From contig OZ024742.1 of the NCBI GenBank assembly GCA_964016885.1, positions 286,378,001 to 286,442,000 of the forward strand: a stretch of 64,000 nt of DNA, written 5' to 3'. The notes under the pieces were generated by a model. It was not told where the DNA came from and did no database searches. It saw only the letters and a program-made list of their open reading frames with translations. This document shows positions 14,251 to 27,997 of the stretch, one piece after another (position 1 is the first letter of the stretch; each line of letters starts with the position of its first letter). This DNA comes from Eledone cirrhosa (Eukaryota). Position numbers and translations under genes: made by a program.

Positions 14251-14919
14251 AGTTAGTGTTTTAATATATAAGTATTGTTGTTATTGTTGTTGCTGCTGCT
14301 GTTGCTGTTGGTGATACCGTACAACTCCGATATCTGGAATAGTGTTATTCTCTCTCACACATGTAAACGATATAGATGAGAAATGCACTAACCGAACCAC
14401 AGTAAAAATACTATGATGGGTCAGAACGACATTACTACAAGTAAGAAAATCAATTGTGACAACTTGTACACAAGATATCAGGAACAAGGAAATCATAGAA
14501 CCTCTATGTCATTTGCTGCTTAGCTTTTGGCGTAAGCAATCTAATCAAACGGCCTTCTCATTCAACACATTAGAGTACGTAGATATCTACGTACTCTGAT
14601 GTGTTGACCAGAGGTAAATAATGTATTGGAGATCGAGTTACGCAACTTCAAGCGATTAGCAACCTCTAGACTCACCTGATCAACGAAACAATTGTCAGTA
14701 CTTGAAATTAAGCCCCTTATTGTACAGCCAGCCACGTTACTCTTCATTCTTTCACTATATATATGTATATATTCAATCGAGGGCCTTCTGTTAAAGGAAC
14801 CCACCGCCTGGTTGACCTCCACCCATTTTTGTTTGTTTTTTTATCATATTTTCGGGAGTGTAACCATACTAACCACACTTGGCTAATTGCCGGTCGGTGA
14901 GGGTATATAACCCACAGTT

Positions 14920-15072
14920 GGGGTGGATGGTCATAGATTATGAGGAGTACCCTTTCAACAGCTGTTTTATTTTTGTGCCACTGGGGTTCCAATTAGTCTT
15001 CTCACCAGACCAGTGTCTGGAGGGGGAGTTGGTTTAGTCCCCGACTACTCGACCATGAAGCAGGTTGTACTG
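14920..15072 (-). repeat. Dispersed repeat homologous to the start of the 60037-61192 tandem unit
   Basis: The reverse complement CAGTACAACCTGCTTCATGGTCG..GACTAAAC..GGTGAG..AAAAATAAAAC..ATGACCATCC aligns by eye with 60047-60198. Confidence 0.6.
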
Positions 15073-15239
15073 TCGTTGGAGGTTTATCTTTTTAACTAGA
15101 GAAATTCAAATTGTGCAATTGTTTTAATATCAGAAATTGATTCAAGTATTGGGATTGCCGTTTCTTTTAAAATAAATTTCCTATGGATTTGAAGTGTATA
15201 AATATTGTTTAAATTTGAAAGATCATATTTTTTTTTTTT

Positions 15240-15655
15240 TTCATATTCTTCTTCGCCCACTTATTCCTGAGAGGGCCGTAGGGGCCGAGTCCTCAAACAC
15301 TCCATCCAGCGGGTCCTATCAGAAACTACCTGATCCGGCTGGATCCCCAATCGAGACCAGCCAAGCTCATGGATGTTATCTAACCATTTTACTCTGGTTC
15401 TAACCCTAGGTCTCCTGCCTGTTGGTTTTGCCCGTAAAATATGTCCAGCGATTCTTTCCTGAGCCATTCTAGCCACATGCCCATAGCATCGAGGCTGTGA
15501 TCTCACAATTCGGAGAAGTAGCAGTTGTACCTAGAGTGACCCGTTGATCTCCGAACTAGGCACTCTATCGAGTAACGTTACACCAAAGACCCTTCGGAGG
15601 AACCCCATTTCGGCCGCTTGTATTCGCGATCGTATTCTTTCAGTCATTATCATTT
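15240..15655 (-). mobile_element. RTE-clade LINE 3' fragment (or LINE-derived SINE tail)
   Basis: Translation RSQPRCYGHVARMAQERIAGHILRAKPTGRRPRVRTRVKWLDNI matches the RTE RT C-terminal pattern R+RW+GHV.RM...G.R..GRP...W.D. Related copies lie at 45120 and 61825. Confidence 0.75.
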
Positions 15656-15940
15656 TTCATTTACTGACAATCTAAAGTATTTTATTTCGTAAATTATTTA
15701 CTGAACAATAAGACATATTTAACAAAAGGAATGACAATTCTGAAACAGCAAACAATACGCAAAAGGAATTATCACCTTTCTTCGCCAACACGAAGTTTCT
15801 TTTGAAAAAAAAACTGTCTTTCCTGATCCTCATTGTCTTTATTATCACGGTCTAAATACCATACCGCTCCTTAACTTCCACACACACACACATGTTATAT
15901 ATACAATTAGGAACACCGTTCACCCTCAGTTTACTGCTAT

Positions 15941-16140
<200 letters not shown>

Positions 16141-16224
16141 AAAGGTAAACAGAAATAACAACACAATCGGTACAGTATATGGAAGGAATATATTAGGTTA
16201 ACGTTTGATATAGCAGGAAGAGGG

Positions 16225-16260
16225 TCTTAACGTTTCGGACGCTAGTTCTTCATCAGAAGA
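16225..16260 (-). ncRNA. Minimal type I hammerhead ribozyme motif
   Basis: Minus strand reads TCTT-CTGATGA-AGAACTAGCGTCC-GAAAC-GTT-AAGA. Stem I is TCTT/AAGA and stem III is the palindrome AACGTT. Confidence 0.7.
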
Positions 16261-16439
16261 AAGAATGAAAAATAAGATAGATTGAGGGGACGGGCGGGTT
16301 GAAATTAGAAAAAAATGTCTTTAGATAATAATAACAGGTCCATTCATGTTGACATAATGATCTTACTAGTTTAAAACTGGTAAAATCCTAATATCTATAT
16401 ATGTGTGTGGGGGGGTGTATGTGTGGGGGTGCCTGTGCA

Positions 16440-17240
16440 TATAAATGTATATATATATATATATATATACATATAAATATATAAATATATATATGCATAA
16501 AAATATATCTATATACATCTATATACACATCTATATATATATATACATATAAATATATAAATATGTATATGCATAAAAATATATCTATATACATCTATAT
16601 ATATACATCTATATATATATACATATAGATATATAAATATATATGTGCATAAAAATATATCTATATATATCTATATATACATCTATATATATACATATAA
16701 ATATATAAATATATATATGCATAAAAAATATATCTATATACATCTATATATACATCTATATATATACATATAGATATATAAATATATATATGCATAAAAA
16801 TATAAAAATATATCTATATACATCTATATATACATCTATATATATATACATATAAATATATAAATATATATGTGCATAAAAATATATCTATATATATCTA
16901 TATATACATCTATATATACATATAAATATATAAATATATATATGCATAAAAAATATATCTATATACATCTATATATACATCTATATATATACATATAGAT
17001 ATATAAATATATATATGCATAAAAATATATCTATATACATCTATATATACATATATATATATACATATAAATATATAAATATATATACATCTATATATAC
17101 ATATAAATATATAAATATATATATGCATAAAAAATATATCTATATACATCTATATATACATCTATATATATACATATAAATATATAAATATATATATGCA
17201 TAAAAAATGTATCTATATACATCTATATATACATATATAA
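16440..17240. repeat. AT-rich compound minisatellite (unit about 70 bp, marked by GCATAAAAA..TATATCTATATACATCT)
   Basis: The GCATAAAAA landmark recurs about ten times. Confidence 0.85.
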
Positions 17241-17443
17241 TCAGAGGTAGTTTATATACATTCTCATATACTTGGTACAGATGCATCTTCCAAGTTCGTT
17301 CAACTCTATTATAGTAGTAGAAATACTAGCATGTCCATATATGTGTGCGTGTATATGAATATGTGTGTGCATCTATATGTGCCTGTGTGCATGTGCATGT
17401 GTCTGTGCGTATGTGTATATATCTGTATGCATGTATATGTGCC

Positions 17444-17516
<73 letters not shown>

Positions 17517-17860
17517 TAATTGCGCGTATGCAGACAACAGATGTATTGTCTGTTTTATGTTGCCAAGGTTTCCCGCCTTCTGTTAACGGAAAACTTACAC
17601 ATATATATCCGCATAGACACACGCACCAATACATATACACATACACATTGAATATAATTATGCCTAGGTATATATGTGTGCATGTATTTCATATATATGT
17701 GTGTGTGTGTGTGTATTTCTTGTATATAAATATATATTTAAAATAATATTTGTATATATATATATATATATATATAAAATGCACACATATATATGTATAT
17801 ATAAATGCACATGCATATGCACATATATGCATGAGTATCTATGGTATATATGAAAAGAAT

Positions 17861-17891
<31 letters not shown>

Positions 17892-18324
17892 TTGTTTGTG
17901 TGTGTCTGTGTGTGTGTCTGTGTATGTGTGTGCGTTGTAGTGTGAGGGTATGTGTGATTCTGTATATAGATATGAGGAATATGTGAGAGGCTACATCAGA
18001 CAGCCAGTACCATTTCTAGGGCTATTCTCCTCCTATAAATATATTCTATCTATTCTCAGCCACAACACTACAACATTATACACAGTGCTACCATATTTAA
18101 CTTGTGAAGCGATTGCATCATTTCATACACACCCTTTCTCTCCTTCAACCTCGCCGCCTCTCTCTCTAACCCTCTCCCTCTCTCTCTCTCACTCTCTATA
18201 TATATATACTATCTAACTATCTGTCTCTCATTCTCTATTCCTTTCTCTTTCCGCTCCCTCTCTCTTTCTTTCTTTCTCTCTCTCCTTCGCTTTCTCTCTA
18301 TCCCTCTCTCTTACTCTTTCTCAC

Positions 18325-18367
<43 letters not shown>

Positions 18368-18428
18368 AAGTAATTCCGTCGGAAAGGTCCAGGAAAAAAG
18401 GGGCTTAATTACATAACTATATATATAT

Positions 18429-18643
18429 ATAGGAAAAAGTATGACCCCGACGGCAGAGCTCAAGTTGTTTCGACGGCTATTTCTGGACTAAAAAAATCTG
18501 TCTTTAGTCCAGAAATAGCCGTCGAAACGGCTTGAGCTCTGCCGTCGGGGTCATACTTTTTCCTATTTCCCACTCTACTACCCTAAGTATTGAGTACTCT
18601 GGTGCGTTATGGTCCATCTGGTTCCTTACCACAATTCCTTTGT

Positions 18644-18645
<2 letters not shown>
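18429..18645. mobile_element. Short foldback element, family P1: 64-bp arms 18429-18492/18503-18566 plus an ~80-bp tail, between (TA)n tracts
   Basis: The arms are near-perfect reverse complements. Homologous copies lie at 32093-32213 and 61243-61438. Confidence 0.8.
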
Positions 18646-18678
<33 letters not shown>

Positions 18679-18775
18679 GTAGATAAATATATATATGTAT
18701 ATGTGTGTGTATGTCTATATAGATGCATGTATATGTATATGTATATATATATGTATATATATATATATGTGCAAG

Positions 18776-18825
<50 letters not shown>

Positions 18826-18867
18826 TGTATATATATATGTATATATATGTGCAAGTATATATATATA

Positions 18868-18898
<31 letters not shown>

Positions 18899-19531
18899 AT
18901 TTTCTGCACATTCGTTTACCATCTGTCTTACCTCTTACCTCTGAGACATATGTAATCCAAGCGAACACATATATATATACACCCACACACACACATACAA
19001 ACATATATATATATATATATATATTTACATACATATATATATTCATATATACATATGTAAAATTTTTGTGTGTACAACGATTACACATTTACGTACAGAC
19101 GTATGTAAATGTATGTGTGTATATGTCTGAGAATGTTAGTGTGCATGTATGTATGTTATGTGTGTAAGTGTGTGTTAGTATGTTTAGTTATGTGTGTATG
19201 TATGTGCATGTATATATGTACGTGTGTGCTTGTATGTCTATGTATGTGTATGTATGTATGTGTGTGTGAACTTCACCAACTGCATCTTTTCTTTCACCCA
19301 ATTTAACATTCCTTCTCTTATTTCAATATCTTTATATAGCCTACATACATAATATATACACTCATATATATATATTTACATACATACATATATACATACA
19401 TATACACATATACACAATACACACATACATATATACACACATATATATATATACACATACATACATCATTTCTGTAGTTTGTATTCATTATGCAATGCAT
19501 GTATCTATGTGTATAAATTTTTCATAAATAG

Positions 19532-19617
<86 letters not shown>

Positions 19618-19804
19618 AATATAGATAGATAATTTAAGCTGCTTCTGCATTGAGTCCTTTCAAGTTGATGTAAGTTATTTCACAAGAACCATTGTCAGCA
19701 TATACGTATATATACATACACACACACACACATATACGTATATATACATACACACACACACACACACACATATATATTTTTTTTTTCCTTTACATATATA
19801 TATA

Positions 19805-19874
<70 letters not shown>

Positions 19875-20108
19875 TGTGTGTGTGTGTAAATATATATATG
19901 TATATATGTATTTCTACCTCAACACACTGATATTTCTGCTTTCGTTCTTATCCTTATCTCCCCCCCCCCCCCTCTCTCTCTCTCTCTCTTTCAATATATA
20001 TATATTTTTTCTATTATTCTATTATGTATTGCAGCCGAGAGGCTGAGGTCATGCTGGGGCACCACCACCTATGCTACTCTTTCTATAGCCTGGCCTTTGA
20101 TGCAGTTT

Positions 20109-20139
<31 letters not shown>

Positions 20140-20311
20140 TAAATATATATATCCACCCACTAACCCAATCTATATACTGACAGACAGATAGACAGATATA
20201 TAGATACACGTATATGCATATACACAACCGCACGTCACATACACACATATATATGAGCACACGTATATATACCCACCCATACACATATGCACACACTCAC
20301 ATATTCATATA

Positions 20312-20356
<45 letters not shown>

Positions 20357-20373
20357 TGTATGTGTGTACGTGC

Positions 20374-20417
<44 letters not shown>

Positions 20418-20436
20418 GTGTGTGTGTGTGTGTGCC

Positions 20437-20500
<64 letters not shown>

Positions 20501-20515
20501 AATATATTTGCGTTG

Positions 20516-20565
<50 letters not shown>

Positions 20566-20594
20566 GTGTGTATATGTGTGTGTATATATGCATT

Positions 20595-20643
<49 letters not shown>

Positions 20644-20677
20644 ATTTATATATATATATATATATAATTGTGTGTGC

Positions 20678-20712
<35 letters not shown>

Positions 20713-20727
20713 CATACATTTGCGTTG

Positions 20728-20761
<34 letters not shown>

Positions 20762-20770
20762 GTGTGTATA

Positions 20771-20812
<42 letters not shown>

Positions 20813-20841
20813 AAAGGTAAACAGAAATAACAACACAATCG

Positions 20842-20882
<41 letters not shown>

Positions 20883-20893
20883 CATTTGCGTTG

Positions 20894-20959
<66 letters not shown>

Positions 20960-21202
20960 GTGTGTATATGTGTGTGTGTATATATATAATACAACGCAAA
21001 TCCTGTTGCGGCGTGGGTGTCTGGCTAGGCCGGCTGATGCAATATTTCAAGCAACACACTTAAATAGAAGAAATTCCTTCGACGGTAAGAAAGTCTGAAA
21101 TGGCAGCAGCTATGTCTGTCAGTAGGACAGATACAGACACACTGACAGGCAGGCGGACTGGCTGGCTGACAGGCAGACAGAGTGAGAAACAGACAAATTT
21201 CT

Positions 21203-22497
21203 GTTTATTTGCCACTAGGGCACAAAAGAAAGGGACATGTACATGGGTGGGGGGAGTTTACATAAAAATCGAGTAAGAAAAATATAACAAACAAAATAAT
21301 AACAAGGTCCTCAATAGGGAGGGATCGTTTTGGGGTCACACACACCCCCGAAAAAAGTGTGCGACCCTTCTCCACGGGAGCACAAAGAGAGGGTGCTCCC
21401 TCCTTTCTGTTCCACCTACAGGCTGAGGTAGAGAGAAGGCCCATTCACACGGGCCATTCTCGCAACTTTCACCCACCTTTCATAAAACTGGCTGGAGTGG
21501 AGCACCTCTCTCTCCATCCTGATCCTTCTTCCGAAATGGTATCGGAAGAAAAGGACCAGTTGTTGGCCGGAGAGAAAGGTGTCCGACCTCAGCCCTTTCA
21601 GACGCGTCCACCATATAGCCTCTTTTACCATGGCTATTACACAGAGGAAGACCGCCTCTCCTTCATTTTTGAAGGGGGGAGGCGGCTTGATCGTTACAAT
21701 GGACTCGGTGGTCAACCTAATTGGTCCCACCCATGACAGCAGTTGTTCAACATAGCCCCACAGATCGGCAACGCCCGGGCAGTGCACCAATGTGTGCGCG
21801 ACGGTTTCCTCGTCGCGCACGCATCTGGGACAGATCTTTTTCGAGGGGTCCCTACCCGGGCGCCCGTGTCTGTAGAGCTTATCCCGAACGGGCAGAGCCC
21901 CTCGGTAGCACTGCCAGGCCAAGGACTTCTGGAAGTTGTCCATAGGTCCCGGGCCGAAAGTCCTACCGAATAGACTGGCCAGTTCGTCCTCCTCCATGCC
22001 TAGGGCTTCTCCGAGGGCGTCGTCGCACCCGCTAACTACCAGCCCTCTATAGAATGACGAGGTGGAGTCTCCGTCGATAGCCGGGTCCGCCTGCCAGAGA
22101 GCCGTGAGCGCCTGGGCACACTCGGTGTGCCAGTCGCCCAGTTTTCTCGGTCTTTGCTTCACCCAGGACTGCAGCTCGGTGAGCGAGACGAGCCTCGGGA
22201 AGGCTCGCCTCACAAACGGGGCCCACACCGGTTGACCGGTGAGGAATACGTGGAGGTGCCTTAGCCTCAATGCGTGTTTACGCATTTTTAGCCACGGCAT
22301 CCCCAGCCCTCCTTTCAAAGGGTGTTGACAGCAGATGGATCTCCTCACTAGAGGAGACCTCTTCTTCCAAAGGAAATAAAAGAGGGCGCGCTCCATTTTG
22401 GCGAGGATCTCACCCGGGCAAGGCACGACAGTCAAGCGGTAATAGATGACGGACGCTATGTAAGCGTTCGCCACCTCCGCCCGACCTTTTAGGCTGA
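21203..22497 (-). mobile_element. 5'-truncated L1/Tx1-clade LINE (ORF2 C-terminal region with zf-RVT-type Cys motif, plus 3' UTR)
   Basis: ORF 21416..22528 contains SLKGRAEVANAYIAS.., FLWK..VRRSICCQHPLKGGLGMP and ALPVRDKL..CPRC..ETVAHTLVHCP. The frame is uninterrupted and the GC content contrasts with the flanks. Confidence 0.85.
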
Positions 22498-22549
22498 TTG
22501 TCAGACAGCCAGGCTGGTGGACAGACACAGACAGTCTGACGGACGGACA

Positions 22550-22980
22550 GAGAGTTTGTCTGGTTTCTGTATAGGGAAATTCCTAGGATAATAAACACAG
22601 TCACAAGGATATGGTCCGAACATGGAAGAGCCGAACTCCCACTGTCATCGCCTCCATCTCTCTCGCCCTCCCCATCTCTCTATATGGTGAGCAAATGGGG
22701 TCCCACGTGCTGGCCTCCCCACAGCCCCCGCGGACAGAATGGAGAAGGCGTTTCCTCGGAGGATGGTAAAGGAGTTGCGCTGGAAGAGCATCTCGCGAGG
22801 ATCACACCTGCGGCTGGCCAGCTCAGCGCCTATGGTGATGAGTAGGGAGGTAGTCCTAGCGCCGAGGACACCAGAAGTCTCCACTGCCAAGGGCACGACC
22901 GCAAACTTGTCGGAGAGCGACCGGTACTTGGAGAGTTTGCCCTCTTCAGCTCGACGTGCAGCAGAATCTGGGTTAGGGGC
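22550..22980 (-). mobile_element. CRE-like (restriction-like endonuclease) non-LTR retrotransposon 3' fragment
   Basis: Minus translation AEEGKLSKYRSLSDKFAVVPLAVETSGVLG..DPREMLFQRNSFTILRGNAFSILSAG matches the K..KY..F.P.AVET.G / QR.S..I.RGNA C-terminus of CRE-clade elements. Confidence 0.75.
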
Positions 22981-23964
22981 GGACAGACAGGCTGACGGAC
23001 AGCATGATAGCCTGACAGACAGACTCAGCTAGATGTTAAAGCAACCGAAACAAAGTAGAGTATATTCAAGTTAACCCAGAGAGATATGTATTATATAAAA
23101 CCAGCCACCCTGTTTAACGTTCTATTAAATAGGAATGTAACCATAATAAACATATAAACATATTCGCTTCACTTTCACATTAATATATCTCATCTTATCT
23201 TTATTCATTTTCTTTTGCTTTCATTTTTCTTTCTTTTTTCTCTATTTTAATTTTATTTTTTTCTATTTTCTTTCATTTTCTTAATTTTTCTCTCATTTTT
23301 CTATATTTTTCTCTATTCGCTATTCTCTTGTCTCTGATTTCCTTATGAAATGGTACCTATAAGAGAGGATCCTTAGAAGTTGTTAAAAGCATTTGTGAGC
23401 TAGGAGACCTAATCAGCAGTGAGTACGTAGGATGCTCAGAAAGTGAAATAGTCTGGGTAAGAACAGACTAGGTAAGAGATAGGGAGAGCAGGAGAGACGG
23501 AGGCAGTGACAGTGGGAGTTTGGTTCCTTTGTTTTCGGACCTGGTGTATATGTATATATTTCACATACACACACTCAGTAAACCCCAGTACAACAGTAGT
23601 TTCTTATAAATTAAACTATATGTCTGTTGATCTAGAAGTTGGGGGAATTGGTACCTCTGCTGACAACAAAAGGCTTCTCTACCAAAGTGAAGAGTAGACT
23701 ATATGATGCCTGTATTTCAGTAATATATACTGCTAACAACAAAGGGCTTCTCCCTCAGAAATGAAGGGTCTACTGCGATGTCTGTGTGAGATCTGCAATG
23801 TTACATGGCAGCAAAACATGGGTTCTGAGTGCAGAAGACGTGTGAAGGCTGGGAAGAAATGAAACGAATGCTTTGCTTAATTGTTTTATTTATTTTTTTT
23901 TTAATTTCTTTCGTTCTCTTAGACTTCAGGTATTTTCTGAAAGCAAAGTATTGGCCCCTAAACT

Positions 23965-24072
23965 ACTACAGTGGGTCCTACAATGGTACTGTGGGCCTCT
24001 GCAATCCTACCGTGGGCCCCCTGGGGCCCACTTGCCATTAGGCAACCTGGCAACCCGGCCAGTCCGCCACTG
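23965..24072. mobile_element. Solo end of a hAT-like MITE
   Basis: GGGCCC-rich subterminal motifs end in TCCGCCACTG (reverse complement CAGTGGCGGA, a hAT-type TIR). The partner TIR was not found. Confidence 0.4.
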
Positions 24073-24073
24073 A

Positions 24074-24109
<36 letters not shown>

Positions 24110-24234
24110 ATAATAAATGTGAAGACTAAAATCCGAAGAGGGCTCGATAAGTATTATATACATATATATGTGTTTTTCAGAAGATCCCGTTAAGAGTGAA
24201 AGCAGCTATTCTTTGCTTAAACTTTAATCTGTTC

Positions 24235-24308
<74 letters not shown>

Positions 24309-24554
24309 TATGGAGCAAGAACGGTTTTAACTCTCCACCCCTCTTCCTTTAGCCTCCAGCTCCCACCTACTCTCACACGAATACATTTAATTAATTAGTT
24401 ACACCTATATGACAATGGTACACAGTTAATCCCACGAACGTTACTCATTAACAAATAAATTAATCATACTAACTCACCACACTCACTCCAACAAACATAC
24501 ACCACCCCAACACCCACCAACACACCAATACGATTGTGAAGAAAAATACCCATT

Positions 24555-24745
24555 TAATTAACTAACTAATCATACTACTAATTAACTAACTCAGTCATAC
24601 TCTAATTATCTAACTAACTATACTACTAATTATCTCACTCAGCCATACTCTAATTAACTAATTAACCATACTACTAATTATCTAACTCAGTCATACTTTA
24701 ATTAATTAACTAACTATACCACTAATTAACTAACTCAGCCATACA
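24555..24745. repeat. Degenerate ~21-25-bp tandem repeat (ATACTACTAATTAACTAACTCAGCC)
   Basis: About eight copies seen directly. Confidence 0.75.
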
Positions 24746-25112
24746 ACACGGCCAACCCAACATCCGCACTACACTCCTTTACCACCAACACACACACATA
24801 CACACACACTCACACAAAACACACACAGAAACACACACTCATACACACTGTCACCAGAGCTCCGATCCCATACTATTTCCGTTCTTCGTCCGCTACACCC
24901 AGCCCACCTCGTCCTCCTGACCACTTCCTGAAATAGCCCATCTTTGACCATAACAGACACGACAGAACAGGACCTTTACTAAATACCAACGTTTAGACAC
25001 TTGCACCAGTATGTATAGGTATATATATATATATATATATATAATCCATTATAAAGAAAGAAGAAACATTAGATATAAATAAAAAGATATAATATACCTA
25101 AATTCCTTCATT

Positions 25113-25167
25113 ATCCTCAACTACGTAGTTTCGTGGCTATTATGCAAAAACATTACATCATAGAGAT
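25113..25167 (-). ncRNA. Degenerate hammerhead motif (core CTATGA, G5 missing)
   Basis: Minus strand reads ATCT-CTATGA-TGTAATG..ATAGCCAC-GAAAC-TACGTA-GTT-GAGGAT. Stem III is the 12-nt palindrome AACTACGTAGTT. Confidence 0.4.
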
Positions 25168-26170
25168 GCAGTATTTTTGTGAGGTTTGCCGACTTATCAA
25201 GAGGATACCTCATTTAGAGTTTCAAAACACGTCCGTAGGACGCGAGATAGAATCCCGAAAGGCGGAGGGGGAACTTATCACGTGATACAGCGGTCAAGAA
25301 ACAGAGCTAAGCCTCTTACAACCAAGAGAAAAATACCACAAAAGGCGGAGGGGGTATTTATGTCAAGGCCGTAGAAGAGTTGGCTAGGAGGGCGAGAAGT
25401 GTGATTAATGTAAGCTTAACAGCAGTCACTATACTTCAGTGGTTACTCTACCGTAGGGAGTTATACAAAGAAATACACACATGCGAATACATACATATAC
25501 ATGCATATACCCACATATATCCCTGAATTTGTGTGGTGTCAACCTTAACCGTTCTTCTTTCTTTATAATGTATTATATAGCTCTGATATTGAATCAATCT
25601 AATCCATTCAAATTATTTTCTTCCTATTATTCATAGAGCAACAACGGTTAAGGTTGACCGGCAACCGCTCTGTATAATCAGTTCCTGATTATTACTAGAA
25701 TTCTATAAGAATCAAACATTCATGATTTTTAGCAAACAGGTGGAGTACCTTGCTTTGATAAGTACCAATCAGTACGAAACAGAGCTCTGTCAGCTTTATC
25801 TCCCCTGTTTGCTGAAAATTTAAAGTAAGTGAGACTGTCACTACTCTAAAACAATAGCGTAAGGTCTTCGAAATGCTTTTAATTAAGCATACAGTGTATT
25901 GCAAAATACACTATATATATATTCATATATATATATATAAAATTGTGCAAGCAAACTAATCAAAGAAGAGAGATAAGGGATTAGTTATGAAGATTACAGG
26001 GCAGTAGTGAAGGGGGCAGTGTGCTCAATGCATATAAGTTACAAGACGAGTGAACAAAGCAAATAAGCCGGAGAAAAAAATGTCAAGCAAAAATATTATA
26101 AGCAGAGCAAAAATACATATATTAAATATATATTATTCAAAAAATTAATAAATGAAAAATATTTTCATTT

Positions 26171-26230
26171 TTTTATTATACATATTTCAAATGTACAATC
26201 GTGTTTAAGTACGTTTTCATCAGACAAAAT
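26171..26230 (-). ncRNA. Type I hammerhead ribozyme motif (family H2)
   Basis: Minus strand reads ATTTTGT-CTGATGA-AAACGTAC..GTACATTT-GAAA-TATGTA-TA-ATAAAA. Stems I, II and III can all be formed. Confidence 0.7.
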
Positions 26231-26544
26231 ATAAGATTTGATATGCGACATACCGCTACGGTTTTGATTATTCAATTCCAGTCGTGGCAGTGATTTATTT
26301 CACCAACTCTCAACGTTTTTATACCACAAATAATGGAAATATAGGAGGGGGGATGCAAAGAAAAGGAAAAGGCGAGTAATAAACCAATAAATGAATGTTT
26401 CCACCTTGCTCTACGTCCTCTTCTTCTCTAAGTTTATCATATTATCTGTGGTATAAAAACGTTGAGAGTTGGTGAAATAAATCACTGCCACTACTGGAAT
26501 TGAATAATCAAAACCATAGCGGTATGTCGCATATCGAATCTTAT

Positions 26545-26605
26545 ATTTTGTCTGGTGAAAACGTACTGAAACACCATTGTACCTTTGAAATATGTATAAT
26601 AAAAT
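26545..26605 (+). ncRNA. Mirror hammerhead motif with an A6G core change (CTGGTGA)
   Basis: Reads ATTTTGT-CTGGTGA-AAACGTAC..GTACCTTT-GAAA-TATGTA-TA-ATAAAAT. Confidence 0.5.
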
Positions 26606-26753
26606 ATATATTTTGATTATGAGAATATTTTTCATTTATTAATATTTTGAATAATATTAACTACTCCAGGAAACTTTTTGTCGAATGCTTCTAATCTATT
26701 GTAAAATTGTATTCGTTGAATAATCAACGAACCATATTAATCTTTGGTTATAT

Positions 26754-26859
<106 letters not shown>

Positions 26860-26953
26860 TTTCTGTTTGTTTTTATAGGCAATTTCACGTTTTTGTATAG
26901 TGGATGTGAATAATGAACTTCAACAAATGTTGCCTAGATTTTTCTGGTATCTT

Positions 26954-27006
<53 letters not shown>

Positions 27007-27135
27007 GTGTGTGTGTGTAGAGGTTATATTTAATTTGTTGGGATACAACAAGCAAAATATTTTTATAACTGATATAAAGCACTCAACAAATTACATATAT
27101 TAACAAATGGAAATTATATTTATAAAACCATATTT

Positions 27136-27199
27136 ATTTTATTATACATATTTCAAGGGCCACCAAGGCAAATTATGGCGCGCTTTCATCAGATAAAAT
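27136..27199 (-). ncRNA. Type I hammerhead ribozyme motif (family H2)
   Basis: Minus strand reads ATTTTAT-CTGATGA-AAGCGCGCCA..TGGTGGCCCTT-GAAA-TATGTA-TA-ATAAAAT, with a perfect 7-bp stem I. Confidence 0.75.
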
Positions 27200-27351
27200 A
27201 TAATATAGGTTAGTTTTATAAATAAATATTGACATACCCTGAAAAAATGCAACCATTCTGGTTGGAATCTCCAGGAGATTCCAACCAGAATGGTTGCATT
27301 TTTTCAGGGTATGTCAATATTTATTTATAAAACTAACCTATATTATATTTT

Positions 27352-27519
27352 CGGTAGAGGGTCGGGCGCCATGCTTTGACGCATAGAGTTACGGCCCTTG
27401 TCATTCTGAGTTCAAATCCCGCCGAGGTTAACTTTGCCTTTCAACCTTACGGGGTCGATAAAATAAAGTACCAGTAATACACTGGAAAATTTGCTGGCCT
27501 TGTGCCAAAAGTAGAAACA
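27352..27519 (+). mobile_element. tRNA-derived SINE with 10-bp target-site duplication ATTATATTTT
   Basis: B-box-like GAGTTCAAATCCC, family body and tail GGCCTTGTGCCAAAAGTAGAAACA. TSD copies at 27342-27351 and 27520-27529. Confidence 0.88.
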
Positions 27520-27524
27520 ATTAT

Positions 27525-27588
27525 ATTTTATCTGATGAAAGCGCACCATAATTTGCCTTGGTGGCCCTTGAAATATGTATAATGATAT
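27525..27588 (+). ncRNA. Type I hammerhead ribozyme motif (mirror of 27136-27199)
   Basis: Reads ATTTTAT-CTGATGA-AAGCGCACCA..TGGTGGCCCTT-GAAA-TATGTA-TA-ATGATAT. Confidence 0.68.
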
Positions 27589-27937
27589 AAATATGGTTTT
27601 ATAAATATAGTTTCCATTTGTTAAAATATTGTATATATATATATATAAGGGTTTAGATCGATATCCAGTGATTTTGATATCGTTATTTACAATTTGCTCA
27701 ACAAATTCATTTGGAGCACACGCATAGGATTAATTTAACACATTTCCAGTCAGAAGCCTAAGCTGTGAAAACTGTAAATATTGTATCGGCAGGTTAACAT
27801 ATGAAAACGTTAAAGTACTCACAATTTCACCAATTGAATCAGTCAGTAACCCCCTAGTTTAGCTCACAAAAAATCCCCATCAAAGATGGTACAGCGCTGC
27901 TTCAAGTTCCGTGGAGAATCCGCTGGACATCGATTAA

Positions 27938-27991
<54 letters not shown>

Positions 27992-27997
<6 letters not shown>

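Larger units (their letters stand above)
26130..26656. mobile_element. Foldback element: ~205-215-bp arms (26130-26334/26441-26656), ~105-bp spacer, one HHR motif per arm
   Basis: The arms are reverse complements with scattered mismatches. Confidence 0.85.
27100..27624. mobile_element. Foldback element with a 1-nt centre at 27273, an HHR in each arm and a SINE inserted in the right arm
   Basis: Centre reads ..GGTTGGAATCTCC-A-GGAGATTCCAACC... Arm symmetry resumes after the SINE at 27520. Confidence 0.88.

Noticed and set aside
1701-14252. 4183-aa Gly/Val/Cys-rich ORF as a confident gene
   Set aside because: Pure tandem repeat with a TTG start, no unique termini and frameshifts upstream. Openness is expected from GGT triplet structure. 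Kept only as a lead.
24121-24215. CCGAAGA..GATA and CAGAAGA..GAAA as hammerheads
   Set aside because: Cores are altered and stems do not form convincingly; the homologue near 37320 has CCAAAGA.
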